From a virus (Duplodnaviria > Caudoviricetes): a stretch of 64,000 bases of DNA. The notes under the pieces are model-generated. The model did no database searches, had not been told where the DNA came from, and worked only from the letters and a program-made list of their open reading frames with translations. The DNA lies in IMG/VR virus record IMGVR_UViG_3300036966_000119, positions 32,001-96,000 of that record. One strand, given 5' to 3'. Made by a program: the position numbers and the translations under genes. Of the stretch, positions 28,177 to 37,690 are shown one piece after another (position 1 is the stretch's first letter; each line of letters opens with the position of its first letter).

Positions 28177-30447
28177 TTAGAATATTTCTTCATTATCATT
28201 GACCCACTGCTGGAATGACTCAGTAAGAGTTACATTGTTATCCTTGATTATATCCTCAAGGTGTTTATCAAGATTCTCTGCTTCCTTGGGATCAAATGTA
28301 GTTTTGTTGTAAATTGTGTCAATGTTTGCATGGTTAACATTTGAGAAGTTATCCACAATCCACTGACAATATTTCTTGACCTGTGGTTCAAGATTCTTCT
28401 GCTCAAGAAGCTGTTTAGCAACCTTAACACCTGCATGTGTTCTCTCAAGATCTGTTGGATATTTTGAATAGATTGCCTTGGCGAAATCTCCTTCAAGTTT
28501 TGCCAGTTCTGTCAGCTTATCAGTTGAGAAGTCATTAGCAACATACTTATTCTTTGAAGGGCCTACGAAGAAGAACTTAGGAAGCTTATACATTGCTGCA
28601 AAGAGATCACAGTAATACTCTTCATAGAGTTTTGCACTACCATATTTCTTCATCATCTCTATTTCATCGAGGTCTACCGTGAGCATGCCGATACCCATTA
28701 TAGCACCGGCACCAGCTGCAAGACCACCAAAGAGAGCAAGACCACTACCACCGAGACAAGCTGTAAGTACACCGGCCGCAGTTATTACTGCAGGGAATAC
28801 ATACTTAGCCTTTGATGGTGTTGCTTTACTAATAGCTTTCTTGTAAGCCTTGATCATCTGGTCAGCATACTTGTCTGCATCTCCTACAGATCTCATTGCC
28901 TTTGGATTACCATCAACTGCAGCAAGAGTTGTGAGCTGTTTAACCATTCTCTTCTTTGCTGCCTTATTGATCAAATTATTACCAGACAATTCGTCGATTG
29001 TGTCAACATAATTTGTTATGATAACACGCTTCTCCTCAGGAGTCTTTGCAGCTGCTGCAAGATTCAGAGTCATTGCAAGAGACATACCTGCTGTCGCATT
29101 AGCATGTCTGAGAACAGATGCGATGTTGTGGAATATTTCATGACATAATGTAGAAACCATGTTCTGACCGAAAAGCTCTATATCATTAGGAGCAGAGCTT
29201 TCGAGATAATGGTTGTATATGAATATATCTACAGGAAGACCTCCAAGCTGGAATCCCTTAGATTTTGATATAGTCATCTTCTTCTTTATATCATTGAAAG
29301 TCTGTGTTGCCGCATTCTCATATCTACCTGGTTTTGTCTGGATGAATCTAAGATTGATTCTGCAATCAAACTGTTTGTTCAGACAGTCAATTGCTTTCTC
29401 AAAGTTAGGATCATGAACAAACTCGGTGAGGTTCATCTGCTTGGCATTCTCCTGGTTTTCACGAGCAGCGTTGAAGTAATCAACTGCTTTGAGAATTGCC
29501 TTGTTATCAAACTTCATATATTTGATATCAGATGTACGAACCTTTTTCTTCTTGTCATCATCTTCTGTCTTAGATTCCATTACAACAGAATCTATTGGCT
29601 TAACAAAGTCAAAGCCGTGTTTACGAAGAAGATCATAACCGAGGTGAGTTGTATTACCCATCTTTGAACACATATTGACATGATATGCAGATTCCTGGAT
29701 ATTCTCGGCGATATCATTTACCTCAGCATTTGAAGTAACATCTCCGGCAATATCATCAGCAGATGCATTCATATCAATTGCTTCTTCATCTTCATCGTTG
29801 AAGTATTCTTGTGGAGCATTACTACCTCCTGGGACATATGTGGGAATTGTATTAGAAGCACGGAGTTCTTCTACCTTTGCTATTGCAGCAGGTGTATTGG
29901 GCATATCAACTAAACCAGTATCATATGCCAGAATCTCTCCACCTTCCTCATCCTCATATCTACCAATGCACTTACCCTTTGCAGGATTGGCATTCTTTAT
30001 AGCAGTATCAATACGACCCTGTTCAATGTTTCCCATCTGGTAATCATTGAGCTTATCATCGATTCTCTGAGAGATGTAATCAAGAACACCTCCAACAGCC
30101 TGAATGATTGGCTTAGTCTGATTCTTAGCTTCTATAGGAGGAGCAATGATATTATCGTTCTGGACTCTTATTCCTGTAGCATTGGGATCTGCGATAATGT
30201 TTGTTGATGGAATACCATACATTGCACCAACACATTCAAGTGCAGTTATAAGATCTGCAGATTCGGACACAGCTTTCGCAACCTTCTGCTGTACCGCATT
30301 TGCTTTTGCCTTAACAGCAGCATCATTTGATGGTGTTGAAGGTGTTGAAGGTGTTGGCTGATTTGTCTGGATGGTTTTTGCTGCAGTAGATGGCTGACTT
30401 GTACCAGGTGTTGAATCTATTCCCAAAGCTTCCTGTATAGTTTTCAT
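28177..30447 (-). CDS. Virion membrane-type zinc metalloprotease (HExxH), paralog 1
   Basis: HEIFH, Gly/Ala-rich hydrophobic hairpin, EEYYCDLFAAMY, YPTDLER; domain flanked by VVMES and LTES. Confidence 0.7.
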   Translation of the reverse strand: MKTIQEALGIDSTPGTSQPSTAAKTIQTNQPTPSTPSTPSNDAAVKAKANAVQQKVAKAVSESADLITALECVGAMYGIPSTNIIADPNATGIRVQNDNIIAPPIEAKNQTKPIIQAVGGVLDYISQRIDDKLNDYQMGNIEQGRIDTAIKNANPAKGKCIGRYEDEEGGEILAYDTGLVDMPNTPAAIAKVEELRASNTIPTYVPGGSNAPQEYFNDEDEEAIDMNASADDIAGDVTSNAEVNDIAENIQESAYHVNMCSKMGNTTHLGYDLLRKHGFDFVKPIDSVVMESKTEDDDKKKKVRTSDIKYMKFDNKAILKAVDYFNAARENQENAKQMNLTEFVHDPNFEKAIDCLNKQFDCRINLRFIQTKPGRYENAATQTFNDIKKKMTISKSKGFQLGGLPVDIFIYNHYLESSAPNDIELFGQNMVSTLCHEIFHNIASVLRHANATAGMSLAMTLNLAAAAKTPEEKRVIITNYVDTIDELSGNNLINKAAKKRMVKQLTTLAAVDGNPKAMRSVGDADKYADQMIKAYKKAISKATPSKAKYVFPAVITAAGVLTACLGGSGLALFGGLAAGAGAIMGIGMLTVDLDEIEMMKKYGSAKLYEEYYCDLFAAMYKLPKFFFVGPSKNKYVANDFSTDKLTELAKLEGDFAKAIYSKYPTDLERTHAGVKVAKQLLEQKNLEPQVKKYCQWIVDNFSNVNHANIDTIYNKTTFDPKEAENLDKHLEDIIKDNNVTLTESFQQWVNDNEEIF

Positions 30448-30466
30448 ATAATATGACCTCCTTTCA

Positions 30467-32935
30467 TCATGCATTTATAGGCGCAGGTCCACCGTTGTTT
30501 GCGGGAGCCTGTGCCTGTTCAGCATTTGTATTAGTTGTATTATTTGCAGCAGGCTGTTGTTGTGTATTATTCTGCTGCTTGTAGCCTATAATGATATCTC
30601 TGTAGAGAGAATATCTGCTTGCGAAAAATTTAGAACCGATAGACACAAGTATCTGTCTGTCGTAAATGCTTGAAACTGTTTCAACCATCTTTGATACTTC
30701 GTCACAACGTTTCTTCAGAGCATCGTTGTTTGACTGCTGTGCTTCAGCCATCTTTTCCTTGACAGCCTGACCGGCTTCTTCAGCAGTCTTTGCGAGACCT
30801 TCTGAAGCTTTCTTAACAAATTCTGTGCAATTCTTAAGATCGTTTACAAGCTTATCCCATTCCTTCTGCTCCATCTTTCCTGAGAAGTTCTTAATAGGTT
30901 CAGCTGTTCCTGTAAGGAAGTAATTAACGATTGCATCAGTTAACTGTGATGCATTTTTCTTAGGATCGTTTGTTGTAGTAGCATTAGCGTTCTTCTGGAT
31001 TGCAGCGGCTGTGTTATTATCGATACCAAGAAGTCTAAAGGACTCGTTTGTTGCATTGAATTCGTTTGAAGGATTCAGAAGATTAAGTACATCATTCTTT
31101 GACATACCCTTAGTGAAACGAGATGCATCTTTAGTATCAATACCATACATTGGAATATTTGTCAAGTTAGGAACGAATGTTCCATCGGCTATTGCCTTGC
31201 TGACACCCTGGTTGATCTGATCATTCTTATTAACCTCATCGATGTACTGTTTGTACTTCTTTTCGAAGTTACCTGAGAATTTAGCAAGCTGATTTTTAAT
31301 CCAGTCAAGAAGTTTGCTTATTGTATTAGAAACAACTCCCTGTTGTTTGTTATTATTATTACCATTCAGCTGCTGACCCTGAGCATTTGTAAATGTAACA
31401 CCAGACTTATTATTCGGATTATTATTGTTTGCAGGAGCATCAGCTTCCATGATGAATGATTCCATGCATACAAATCCTGGTGCAGCGGCATCGGGCATGT
31501 TGTCATCGTATGTGAATACTCGTGTATTATTGTAATACAGTCTGAGCATGTTTCTTGTCATGATCTCACCGAGTAATACGAGTATGTCTTTTGTGATATC
31601 ATAATTCTCGATTGGATTTCCATCCCTGTAATTATTGATAATACTCTTCATTGCTCCAGCAACACGAATGAGGTTGTTTGCAAGATCTTTGTTTGTCTTG
31701 AGGTCACATCCGCCGTATACACGATACAACATATCCAATGCATTTGTTATTGGATGAACCTTGTTGTTACCCATTGCATCACGACGATAGTTTCCATCAA
31801 GATAATTATTACCGAATGCGATTGTATCAAGCCAATCTACATTTGTTTTGAAGCAGTCATTCTCACGAGGAGTTGCATCTGCTCTGTCGGAATTTCTCTT
31901 GTAATACTCATCATGATCGAAATCATGATTCATACCAACAAACATCTTTGCGATGAAAGAGGCGTCGTACGGAGACACATTATCGTCAGCATACTTACCA
32001 ACGAGGAATCCGATTGGTGAACGAGGATCCTTCATGATGAAATGCATTGCATCATGTGTATCCTTGAAGTCAGGTGTAACATCCTGAAGAGCTATGTCTC
32101 TCATATTACAATTGAAAGGCAATCTGTTACGAACCATGTATGTTGTCGTATTTACGAGACAGCATTCAGTAACAAGATCTTCTGAGTTTTCATCCTTCTT
32201 CTTAACGGTGTAATCAACTGATGGCTTTATGTAACCAATCAGCTGAAGAGCAGCAATTGTATTGAGTGTACATACAAACAGAAGGAATTCCTCGAGGAAT
32301 GTTCCAAATGTAAGTCTGTAGGAACTATTCTCGATTATCATGGTTCTGCTCTTCTGGAGGACATCAGGAAGAGCCTTAACGATTTTCTTCATGTTTGCTG
32401 CAAAATGTATATCATTCAGCTTCTTGATATCATCCTTTGCATACTCGATTCTCTTAACCATCTCTCCGTGTGAGTAGAGAGCAACTTCTCCGATATCATT
32501 TTCACAAATATGTGCAAGATCCTGGAGAGTGCATTCCTTTGGGTTTACGTAATTATGTGCATCATCCAATACAGCAGAGGTTTCAAATGCAGGGCACTTA
32601 TTATCCTCAATGAAACGCTTTACTGATGCAACTGTAAACAATTCAACATCAGCAATTCTGTCATGGAAGATTCCTTTCTCAAGTCCTTTAATAAGATTTG
32701 ATACGTATGTTGACACATCATTCGGAGTAACGTATCTAAGCTTATAAGTACAGCTACAAACACCGTACTCGGATTTGAGAGCTTTACCAGTTGCAGCCTT
32801 ATTAAGAGCTGTCAATGAATCCGCATATACGTCGATCAGTGCATCAAATGATTTATTGAAAGAATCACTGAAAGAAAACTTCTTTGATGATCCAGACGGC
32901 GAATCCACTACTACAAGAGCTTTTTTAGTAGCCAT
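30467..32935 (-). CDS. Large virion/head protein with internal maturation sites
   Basis: RBS AAGGAG; internal LVTEC and CMESFIMEA motifs followed by an N/Q-rich linker and an amphipathic helix. Confidence 0.6.
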   Translation of the reverse strand: MATKKALVVVDSPSGSSKKFSFSDSFNKSFDALIDVYADSLTALNKAATGKALKSEYGVCSCTYKLRYVTPNDVSTYVSNLIKGLEKGIFHDRIADVELFTVASVKRFIEDNKCPAFETSAVLDDAHNYVNPKECTLQDLAHICENDIGEVALYSHGEMVKRIEYAKDDIKKLNDIHFAANMKKIVKALPDVLQKSRTMIIENSSYRLTFGTFLEEFLLFVCTLNTIAALQLIGYIKPSVDYTVKKKDENSEDLVTECCLVNTTTYMVRNRLPFNCNMRDIALQDVTPDFKDTHDAMHFIMKDPRSPIGFLVGKYADDNVSPYDASFIAKMFVGMNHDFDHDEYYKRNSDRADATPRENDCFKTNVDWLDTIAFGNNYLDGNYRRDAMGNNKVHPITNALDMLYRVYGGCDLKTNKDLANNLIRVAGAMKSIINNYRDGNPIENYDITKDILVLLGEIMTRNMLRLYYNNTRVFTYDDNMPDAAAPGFVCMESFIMEADAPANNNNPNNKSGVTFTNAQGQQLNGNNNNKQQGVVSNTISKLLDWIKNQLAKFSGNFEKKYKQYIDEVNKNDQINQGVSKAIADGTFVPNLTNIPMYGIDTKDASRFTKGMSKNDVLNLLNPSNEFNATNESFRLLGIDNNTAAAIQKNANATTTNDPKKNASQLTDAIVNYFLTGTAEPIKNFSGKMEQKEWDKLVNDLKNCTEFVKKASEGLAKTAEEAGQAVKEKMAEAQQSNNDALKKRCDEVSKMVETVSSIYDRQILVSIGSKFFASRYSLYRDIIIGYKQQNNTQQQPAANNTTNTNAEQAQAPANNGGPAPINA

Positions 32936-32986
32936 GTCAAATCTCCTTTTCATTAAAATATTTTAACCCCTTTATTCTCAGGGAAT

Positions 32987-32998
32987 TATCATTCCGTT
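32987..32998 (-). promoter_or_regulatory. Candidate late promoter
   Basis: AACGGAATGATA at the head of the leftward virion operon. Confidence 0.35.
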
Positions 32999-33079
32999 TA
33001 CGAACATTTTATATATTGCGATAATTTTCTATGCTACCGGATTTAATGATATATAATTCCTATTATTTCACTTTTTCAC

Positions 33080-33149
33080 ATATATATTATTAATGTGAGA
33101 AAAGAAAGAATAGGTCTTTCAAATCTCTTTCCAAATTTAAAGGAGGAAT
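33080..33149 (+). repeat. 70-bp promoter-hairpin-RBS cassette, identical to 15163-15232
   Basis: Exact sequence match. Confidence 0.92.
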
Positions 33150-33153
33150 TAGT

Positions 33154-33348
33154 ATGACAAATAAGAAATTAACTAAGAAGGTTGTAAGATGGGAGAAGAA
33201 GCACCCTAACCTCACAGCTGCATGCGTTTATGTAACAGCCGGATCTTTTGTTCTCAGAGTAGTTAGCTCAATCATAGGTGGCGCGGTAGCGGCTAAGACG
33301 ATAAAGGAAGTTCGCAATGGTGTTAACGAGTCATTGATGACCTCGTAA
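33154..33348 (+). CDS. Small early membrane protein (likely extends to 33392 via a 1-nt indel)
   Basis: One hydrophobic segment; the -1 frame gives VIDDLVNDDEDVVDVKVEEN up to the terminator. Confidence 0.65.
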   Translation: MTNKKLTKKVVRWEKKHPNLTAACVYVTAGSFVLRVVSSIIGGAVAAKTIKEVRNGVNESLMTS

Positions 33349-33400
33349 ATGACGACGAAGATGTCGTTGACGTAAAAGTCGAGGAGAATTAAATAAAGAG

Positions 33401-33435
33401 AAATAACCCGCATAAGCGGGTTATTTTTTTTTTTT
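33401..33435 (+). terminator. Rho-independent terminator
   Basis: AAATAACCCGC-ATAA-GCGGGTTATTT plus a long T run. Confidence 0.85.
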
Positions 33436-33451
33436 GATTTTTCCATACTGG

Positions 33452-33463
33452 AACCGAAATCTA
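33452..33463 (+). promoter_or_regulatory. Candidate late promoter
   Basis: AACCGAAATCTA at the head of the rightward virion operon. Confidence 0.35.
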
Positions 33464-33498
33464 AAATACTTATAATAAGTATAATATAAAAGAAAGGA

Positions 33499-34251
33499 GT
33501 GTTGGTATTGAGAAATACACGTTGTCCTTTTTGTCCGAAGATATTTAATGACAAACATAGATTCTGTAGACACATACAACGAATGCACAATGATCAGGTA
33601 CCAGATGATTGTGAAGCATTAGAGTGGGCCTACTCATTACTCGTTGGAAAACCGACAGGTCGTTTATGTGTTCAATGTCATAAGAATCCGGTTCATTTCA
33701 ATAAAGAGACTCTCAAATATGAACGTTATTGTTCTGATGCTTGTAAGACAGCATATGCAAATGATTTCCATAATAAAAGAATGGTTGATAAGTATGGAGT
33801 ACCTCATTTGTTAAATAATGCGGATATGCAACGTAAGATGATTTTTAACCATGCTCAAGCAAGAGATTTTGTTTGGGATGATAAACATACATTCAGAATC
33901 ATTGGTTCATATGAAGAAGATTTCTTGAATCATTTAAAATCATTGGACTGGTCCCCAAATGATGTCATATGCCCATCACCAAATAATTATTGGTACAAAT
34001 GGAAGGATGGATCAACCCATCTCTATATACCAGACTTCTACATTCCATCTTTGTCATTGGAAGTAGAAATCAAAGAATCTGACAATACACATCCTCGAAT
34101 GGAACATTCTCGTGAAATCGAATATTTAAAGGATGCTCGTCTTAAGTACGAAACTCAGAAGACAGGTATTCATTATATAAAAATAGTCGATAAGAATTAT
34201 GAGGAATTCGATCGAGTATATGTTATGTCCGATAATAATAAACCTGAATAA
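33499..34251 (+). CDS. Zn-finger plus TnsA-like PD-(D/E)xK nuclease (T4 gp4 head-completion-like)
   Basis: CPFC..H...H, CVQC...YCSDAC, GSYE, YIPDFYIPSLSLEVEIK. Confidence 0.7.
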   Translation: MLVLRNTRCPFCPKIFNDKHRFCRHIQRMHNDQVPDDCEALEWAYSLLVGKPTGRLCVQCHKNPVHFNKETLKYERYCSDACKTAYANDFHNKRMVDKYGVPHLLNNADMQRKMIFNHAQARDFVWDDKHTFRIIGSYEEDFLNHLKSLDWSPNDVICPSPNNYWYKWKDGSTHLYIPDFYIPSLSLEVEIKESDNTHPRMEHSREIEYLKDARLKYETQKTGIHYIKIVDKNYEEFDRVYVMSDNNKPE

Positions 34252-34266
34252 AGGAGGTGTTTTATT

Positions 34267-35874
34267 TTGGATCTTACATTTATAAATGAATATGTTACTG
34301 AGTCAAATGAACTGGTATCGGATTCAATTGACATGATGTACGTTAAACAACAAGCAATCATGGAATTATCCGACGAACTTGATTTGTTGTCAAGGTATGA
34401 ATGTTTTCAGGAAGGTTATTCAAATCCTGCTTCTTCTCCGGAGCTTGATGTGTTTAAATTCGACAATAAGCATATCTTGAAAGCCATCAAATATTTCAAT
34501 AAAGCTTATGCAGAAATACCTTTCGACACAACAAACTTCGATGAAGTTAAAGCAAAACAAGAACGTGGCGAATTGAGTATCAAGGGTACGTTTGCTCCAG
34601 AAATAGAATACTCTCCTCAATTAATTCATCAGATAGAAACGATGTTCCGTAACCCAAATGGATATTTGGAGAAAGGTTTCCAGGAATTACAACAACAATT
34701 CGATTGTAAGTTTTCTATTTATATAAGTCAGAAGACAGGTACTGGAACAATCATTTCTAACTTTCCTACAAACCCGGGAAATCTAACGGTGTCTCGTTCT
34801 AAAGGATTCCAGCTTGGTGGTTTATCAATTACGATAAATCTCAACACGAAACAATTGTTGACAATGGTTCCTGCAAACAAAAAATTGTTTGGTCAATCAT
34901 TGACAGCTGTTTTGTTACATGAGATTTATCATAACATCGTACATATGATCGGCATTCGTAATAAAAAGCTTCATGATGAAATCAATACGACTGTTGCTAA
35001 TATGAAGAATGCTATTTCATTTGATTCAATAAAAGCACATGTATCTGCATTCATAAACAAATTCAAATCGTCATTTAATATAAATGATGCTGAGATGGAT
35101 GAAGAACGTGTTGCTCGAAGAATGTATGTATTATCTCAGATTCAAGATAACCCTGGTGCTGTAAAGAAGTTTGAAAACGATATAAAGAATAACGTTGATC
35201 AAACAAATACTGATGAAGAGATCGATAGATATATCAAAGGAATGAAACTTGTCAAGGATATGGTTATTATCAAAAGAGGAATGCGTGTTGTATCTGCAGC
35301 ATGTTGTATTCTTCTTGCTGGTCTGGGATTTGCATTTGGATCAACGGCTGCCATGGTTGGTGGTGTAGTTGGTATCGCAATCATGTCGTTATCGATGTTG
35401 AAGAAAAAGGTTCTTTCTTTGTTCGGTGTTTCTGTTCGTATTCAAGAAGAATACTTCTGTGATTTGTTCGCAAGTATGTACAAGCTACCAGTACATCTTT
35501 CATCATTCAATCGTCAGATAAAACTGAATCAGAAGAATGCAGAAAAGATGAGTGAAGTGAGACGCCTCGATCAAAAGATAAACAAGGGTCTCAAAGATCC
35601 ACATCCTTTGGATTTTGATCGTGAACTCACATCATACAAGGTAGCAAAACAAATTCTCAATTCAGGACAAAAACTCAAGAAAGCAGAAAGAGAATATCTA
35701 CAATACATTGTCAATCTGCATGAAGGTATTGAAGATATTAACAATCCTTATTCAAAGACTCAGTCAAAGAAACTTGATCCAGAAGCTGCACGTGATTTAC
35801 AACAGACACTCCGTGATTTTGTAAATAAGACCGGTGTAGCTGTTACGGAAAGTGGTGATGGATATGGCTCTTGA
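34267..35874 (+). CDS. Virion membrane-type zinc metalloprotease (HExxH), paralog 2
   Basis: HEIYH, TM hairpin, EEYFCDLFASMY, HPLDFDR. Shares KFDNK.ILKA..YFN and SKGFQLGGL with 28177-30447. Confidence 0.72.
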   Translation: MDLTFINEYVTESNELVSDSIDMMYVKQQAIMELSDELDLLSRYECFQEGYSNPASSPELDVFKFDNKHILKAIKYFNKAYAEIPFDTTNFDEVKAKQERGELSIKGTFAPEIEYSPQLIHQIETMFRNPNGYLEKGFQELQQQFDCKFSIYISQKTGTGTIISNFPTNPGNLTVSRSKGFQLGGLSITINLNTKQLLTMVPANKKLFGQSLTAVLLHEIYHNIVHMIGIRNKKLHDEINTTVANMKNAISFDSIKAHVSAFINKFKSSFNINDAEMDEERVARRMYVLSQIQDNPGAVKKFENDIKNNVDQTNTDEEIDRYIKGMKLVKDMVIIKRGMRVVSAACCILLAGLGFAFGSTAAMVGGVVGIAIMSLSMLKKKVLSLFGVSVRIQEEYFCDLFASMYKLPVHLSSFNRQIKLNQKNAEKMSEVRRLDQKINKGLKDPHPLDFDRELTSYKVAKQILNSGQKLKKAEREYLQYIVNLHEGIEDINNPYSKTQSKKLDPEAARDLQQTLRDFVNKTGVAVTESGDGYGS

Positions 35875-36343
35875 TACAAAAGGTATTACACTGGATGAGA
35901 TAAGAGGTAAATTCCCTCCATCATTCCAGACATTAAACTACGATGTCGTACTTGATTCAGATTCAATGTACAAACCAAGAGTTCTCTCTACGTTTGAATT
36001 GGGTGTGAACTCAATCTTGACATTGTTATTTATGAAACCAGGTCAGTATCCATCCATTCCTGATCTCGGTATAGACATAGAGTCTTATCTGTATGAATAT
36101 TCCGATGATCCAAAAATACCTGGTGAGATACGTAATAAGTTAATTGATCAATGTAACATCATCGATGTCATTGGTATCGACATTGATATTCGTTTTGATA
36201 AAACCGCAGAAGGATATGATGCATTGATAGTTGAATTAACTGGTACGGAGAGACTGGGTTATGGTAATGACTCGTCTCATATTATAATTGGTATATCGTA
36301 TGATAAACTCAATCGTTTATACGTACGAAAAGTTTCAATATAA
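35864..36343 (+). CDS. Baseplate wedge protein, gp25/GPW-like
   Basis: LLFMKPGQYPSIPDLGIDIESYLYE. Confidence 0.65.
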   Translation: MALDTKGITLDEIRGKFPPSFQTLNYDVVLDSDSMYKPRVLSTFELGVNSILTLLFMKPGQYPSIPDLGIDIESYLYEYSDDPKIPGEIRNKLIDQCNIIDVIGIDIDIRFDKTAEGYDALIVELTGTERLGYGNDSSHIIIGISYDKLNRLYVRKVSI

Positions 36344-36359
36344 AGGTAGGTGAAATGGA

Positions 36360-37106
36360 ATGGCTACTGTACCAGAAAAACGAAAACGTATTGAAGAAAC
36401 AATCTACAAGACACTTCTTCTTATGGATCCTACCGGTATAAATGCAAACAAATATCGGAAGATGTTTCAAACAATGAATGATCTCAAATTCTCACAATGG
36501 ATAGATGCTTTTCTTAATGATGAGAAAAGTAACTTCCGTCTTGACATAGAAGAATTTGGCGATGGTTCAAGAACACTTAAATTCGAAAATGTTGAGAAAG
36601 CTGCAGACTTCCTCAAGATAAAACTTTTCGAGTATGTATATCTTCCACATGTGTCTTCAAATCCGAACCGACCCATAAGGACCAAACAGCCGGTTTTGGT
36701 AGGATGGCTTAATATTAAACGAACTCAACAGCTCGCTTCAAAGAAAACAGGTCTGGCTTTAAGCGATGATAATCGTGACGATATGACAGGTGCTGCTAAG
36801 GGTGAATCCAAAGGTGGTACAACAACAGGTATCGAAAACGAAGTTCTTGCTGGTGTTGGTGGAGATATTATTCTATCTGAGATATCCGGTGCTCGTGGCG
36901 ATAATGTGAAAGAATATGATAATATGCTTTCAGCCATCGCGGAGAATGGTTCTGTTAAATTGTCTGATATAAAGACAAATACATACGATAAACCTACATT
37001 ACTCGCTGCTAATATGTATTTCATGGCTATGGGCATTAAAACAGATCTCATATCTGAATCGTATTACAGTGTCGAAAAGGTTAAGCGTATCGTCGATGGA
37101 ACCTAA
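36360..37106 (+). CDS. rpoB: RNA polymerase beta subunit, C-terminal piece (probably virion RNAP)
   Basis: PVLVGWLNIKRTQQ..KK, TG..KG.SKGG...IE..VL, EISGARGD and AMGIKT align with the RpoB C-terminus; located in the virion operon. Confidence 0.8.
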   Translation: MATVPEKRKRIEETIYKTLLLMDPTGINANKYRKMFQTMNDLKFSQWIDAFLNDEKSNFRLDIEEFGDGSRTLKFENVEKAADFLKIKLFEYVYLPHVSSNPNRPIRTKQPVLVGWLNIKRTQQLASKKTGLALSDDNRDDMTGAAKGESKGGTTTGIENEVLAGVGGDIILSEISGARGDNVKEYDNMLSAIAENGSVKLSDIKTNTYDKPTLLAANMYFMAMGIKTDLISESYYSVEKVKRIVDGT

Positions 37107-37139
37107 CCCAAATAATTAACGAAAAGGAGAATTAAAATT

Positions 37140-37676
37140 ATGAAGGTAAATATTACTGGTAAGGGTGTTATACCGGGAATCAATGTATTAGCTCCTGTGT
37201 ATAACAAAGACCTTGATAAGGCACAGATTATGAGAATTCTTAATTTCAGGGAATTCAGAGTATTCGGTGTTGGTGTTGGTCTTATAACACGCGCAAACAT
37301 CGATGCTGCTTTTGATGCATCTGTTGACAATGTTAAGAAGGCTGCAGAAGCAAAGAAGAATACAACAGAGACGAAGACAACCAAGAAGACAAAGAAGGCT
37401 ACAGAAGCAAAGCCTGTTGTCGAGGAACCCAAGGTTGAGGAACCGGTTGTTGAATCAATTCCTGTTGATGTTGTTGTAACTGAAACAGATTTCTCACCAG
37501 CTCCAGAGATACCTGAGGAAGAGCCAAATGTTGAAGTTCCTGTTGCAGAGGAAGAAGTCACTGAAACAGAAGAAGTACCTGAAGAGCTTCCTGAGATTAC
37601 TGAGGAAGAAGTTTCAGAGGAGAAGACAAACGACTTCAAATCTTCTAAGAAGAACAAGAAGAAGAACCGTAACTGA
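37140..37676 (+). CDS. Hypothetical protein with E/P/V-rich low-complexity tail
   Basis: RBS AAGGAG; 178 aa. Confidence 0.7.
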   Translation: MKVNITGKGVIPGINVLAPVYNKDLDKAQIMRILNFREFRVFGVGVGLITRANIDAAFDASVDNVKKAAEAKKNTTETKTTKKTKKATEAKPVVEEPKVEEPVVESIPVDVVVTETDFSPAPEIPEEEPNVEVPVAEEEVTETEEVPEELPEITEEEVSEEKTNDFKSSKKNKKKNRN

Positions 37677-37690
37677 TAGGAGGGATATTC

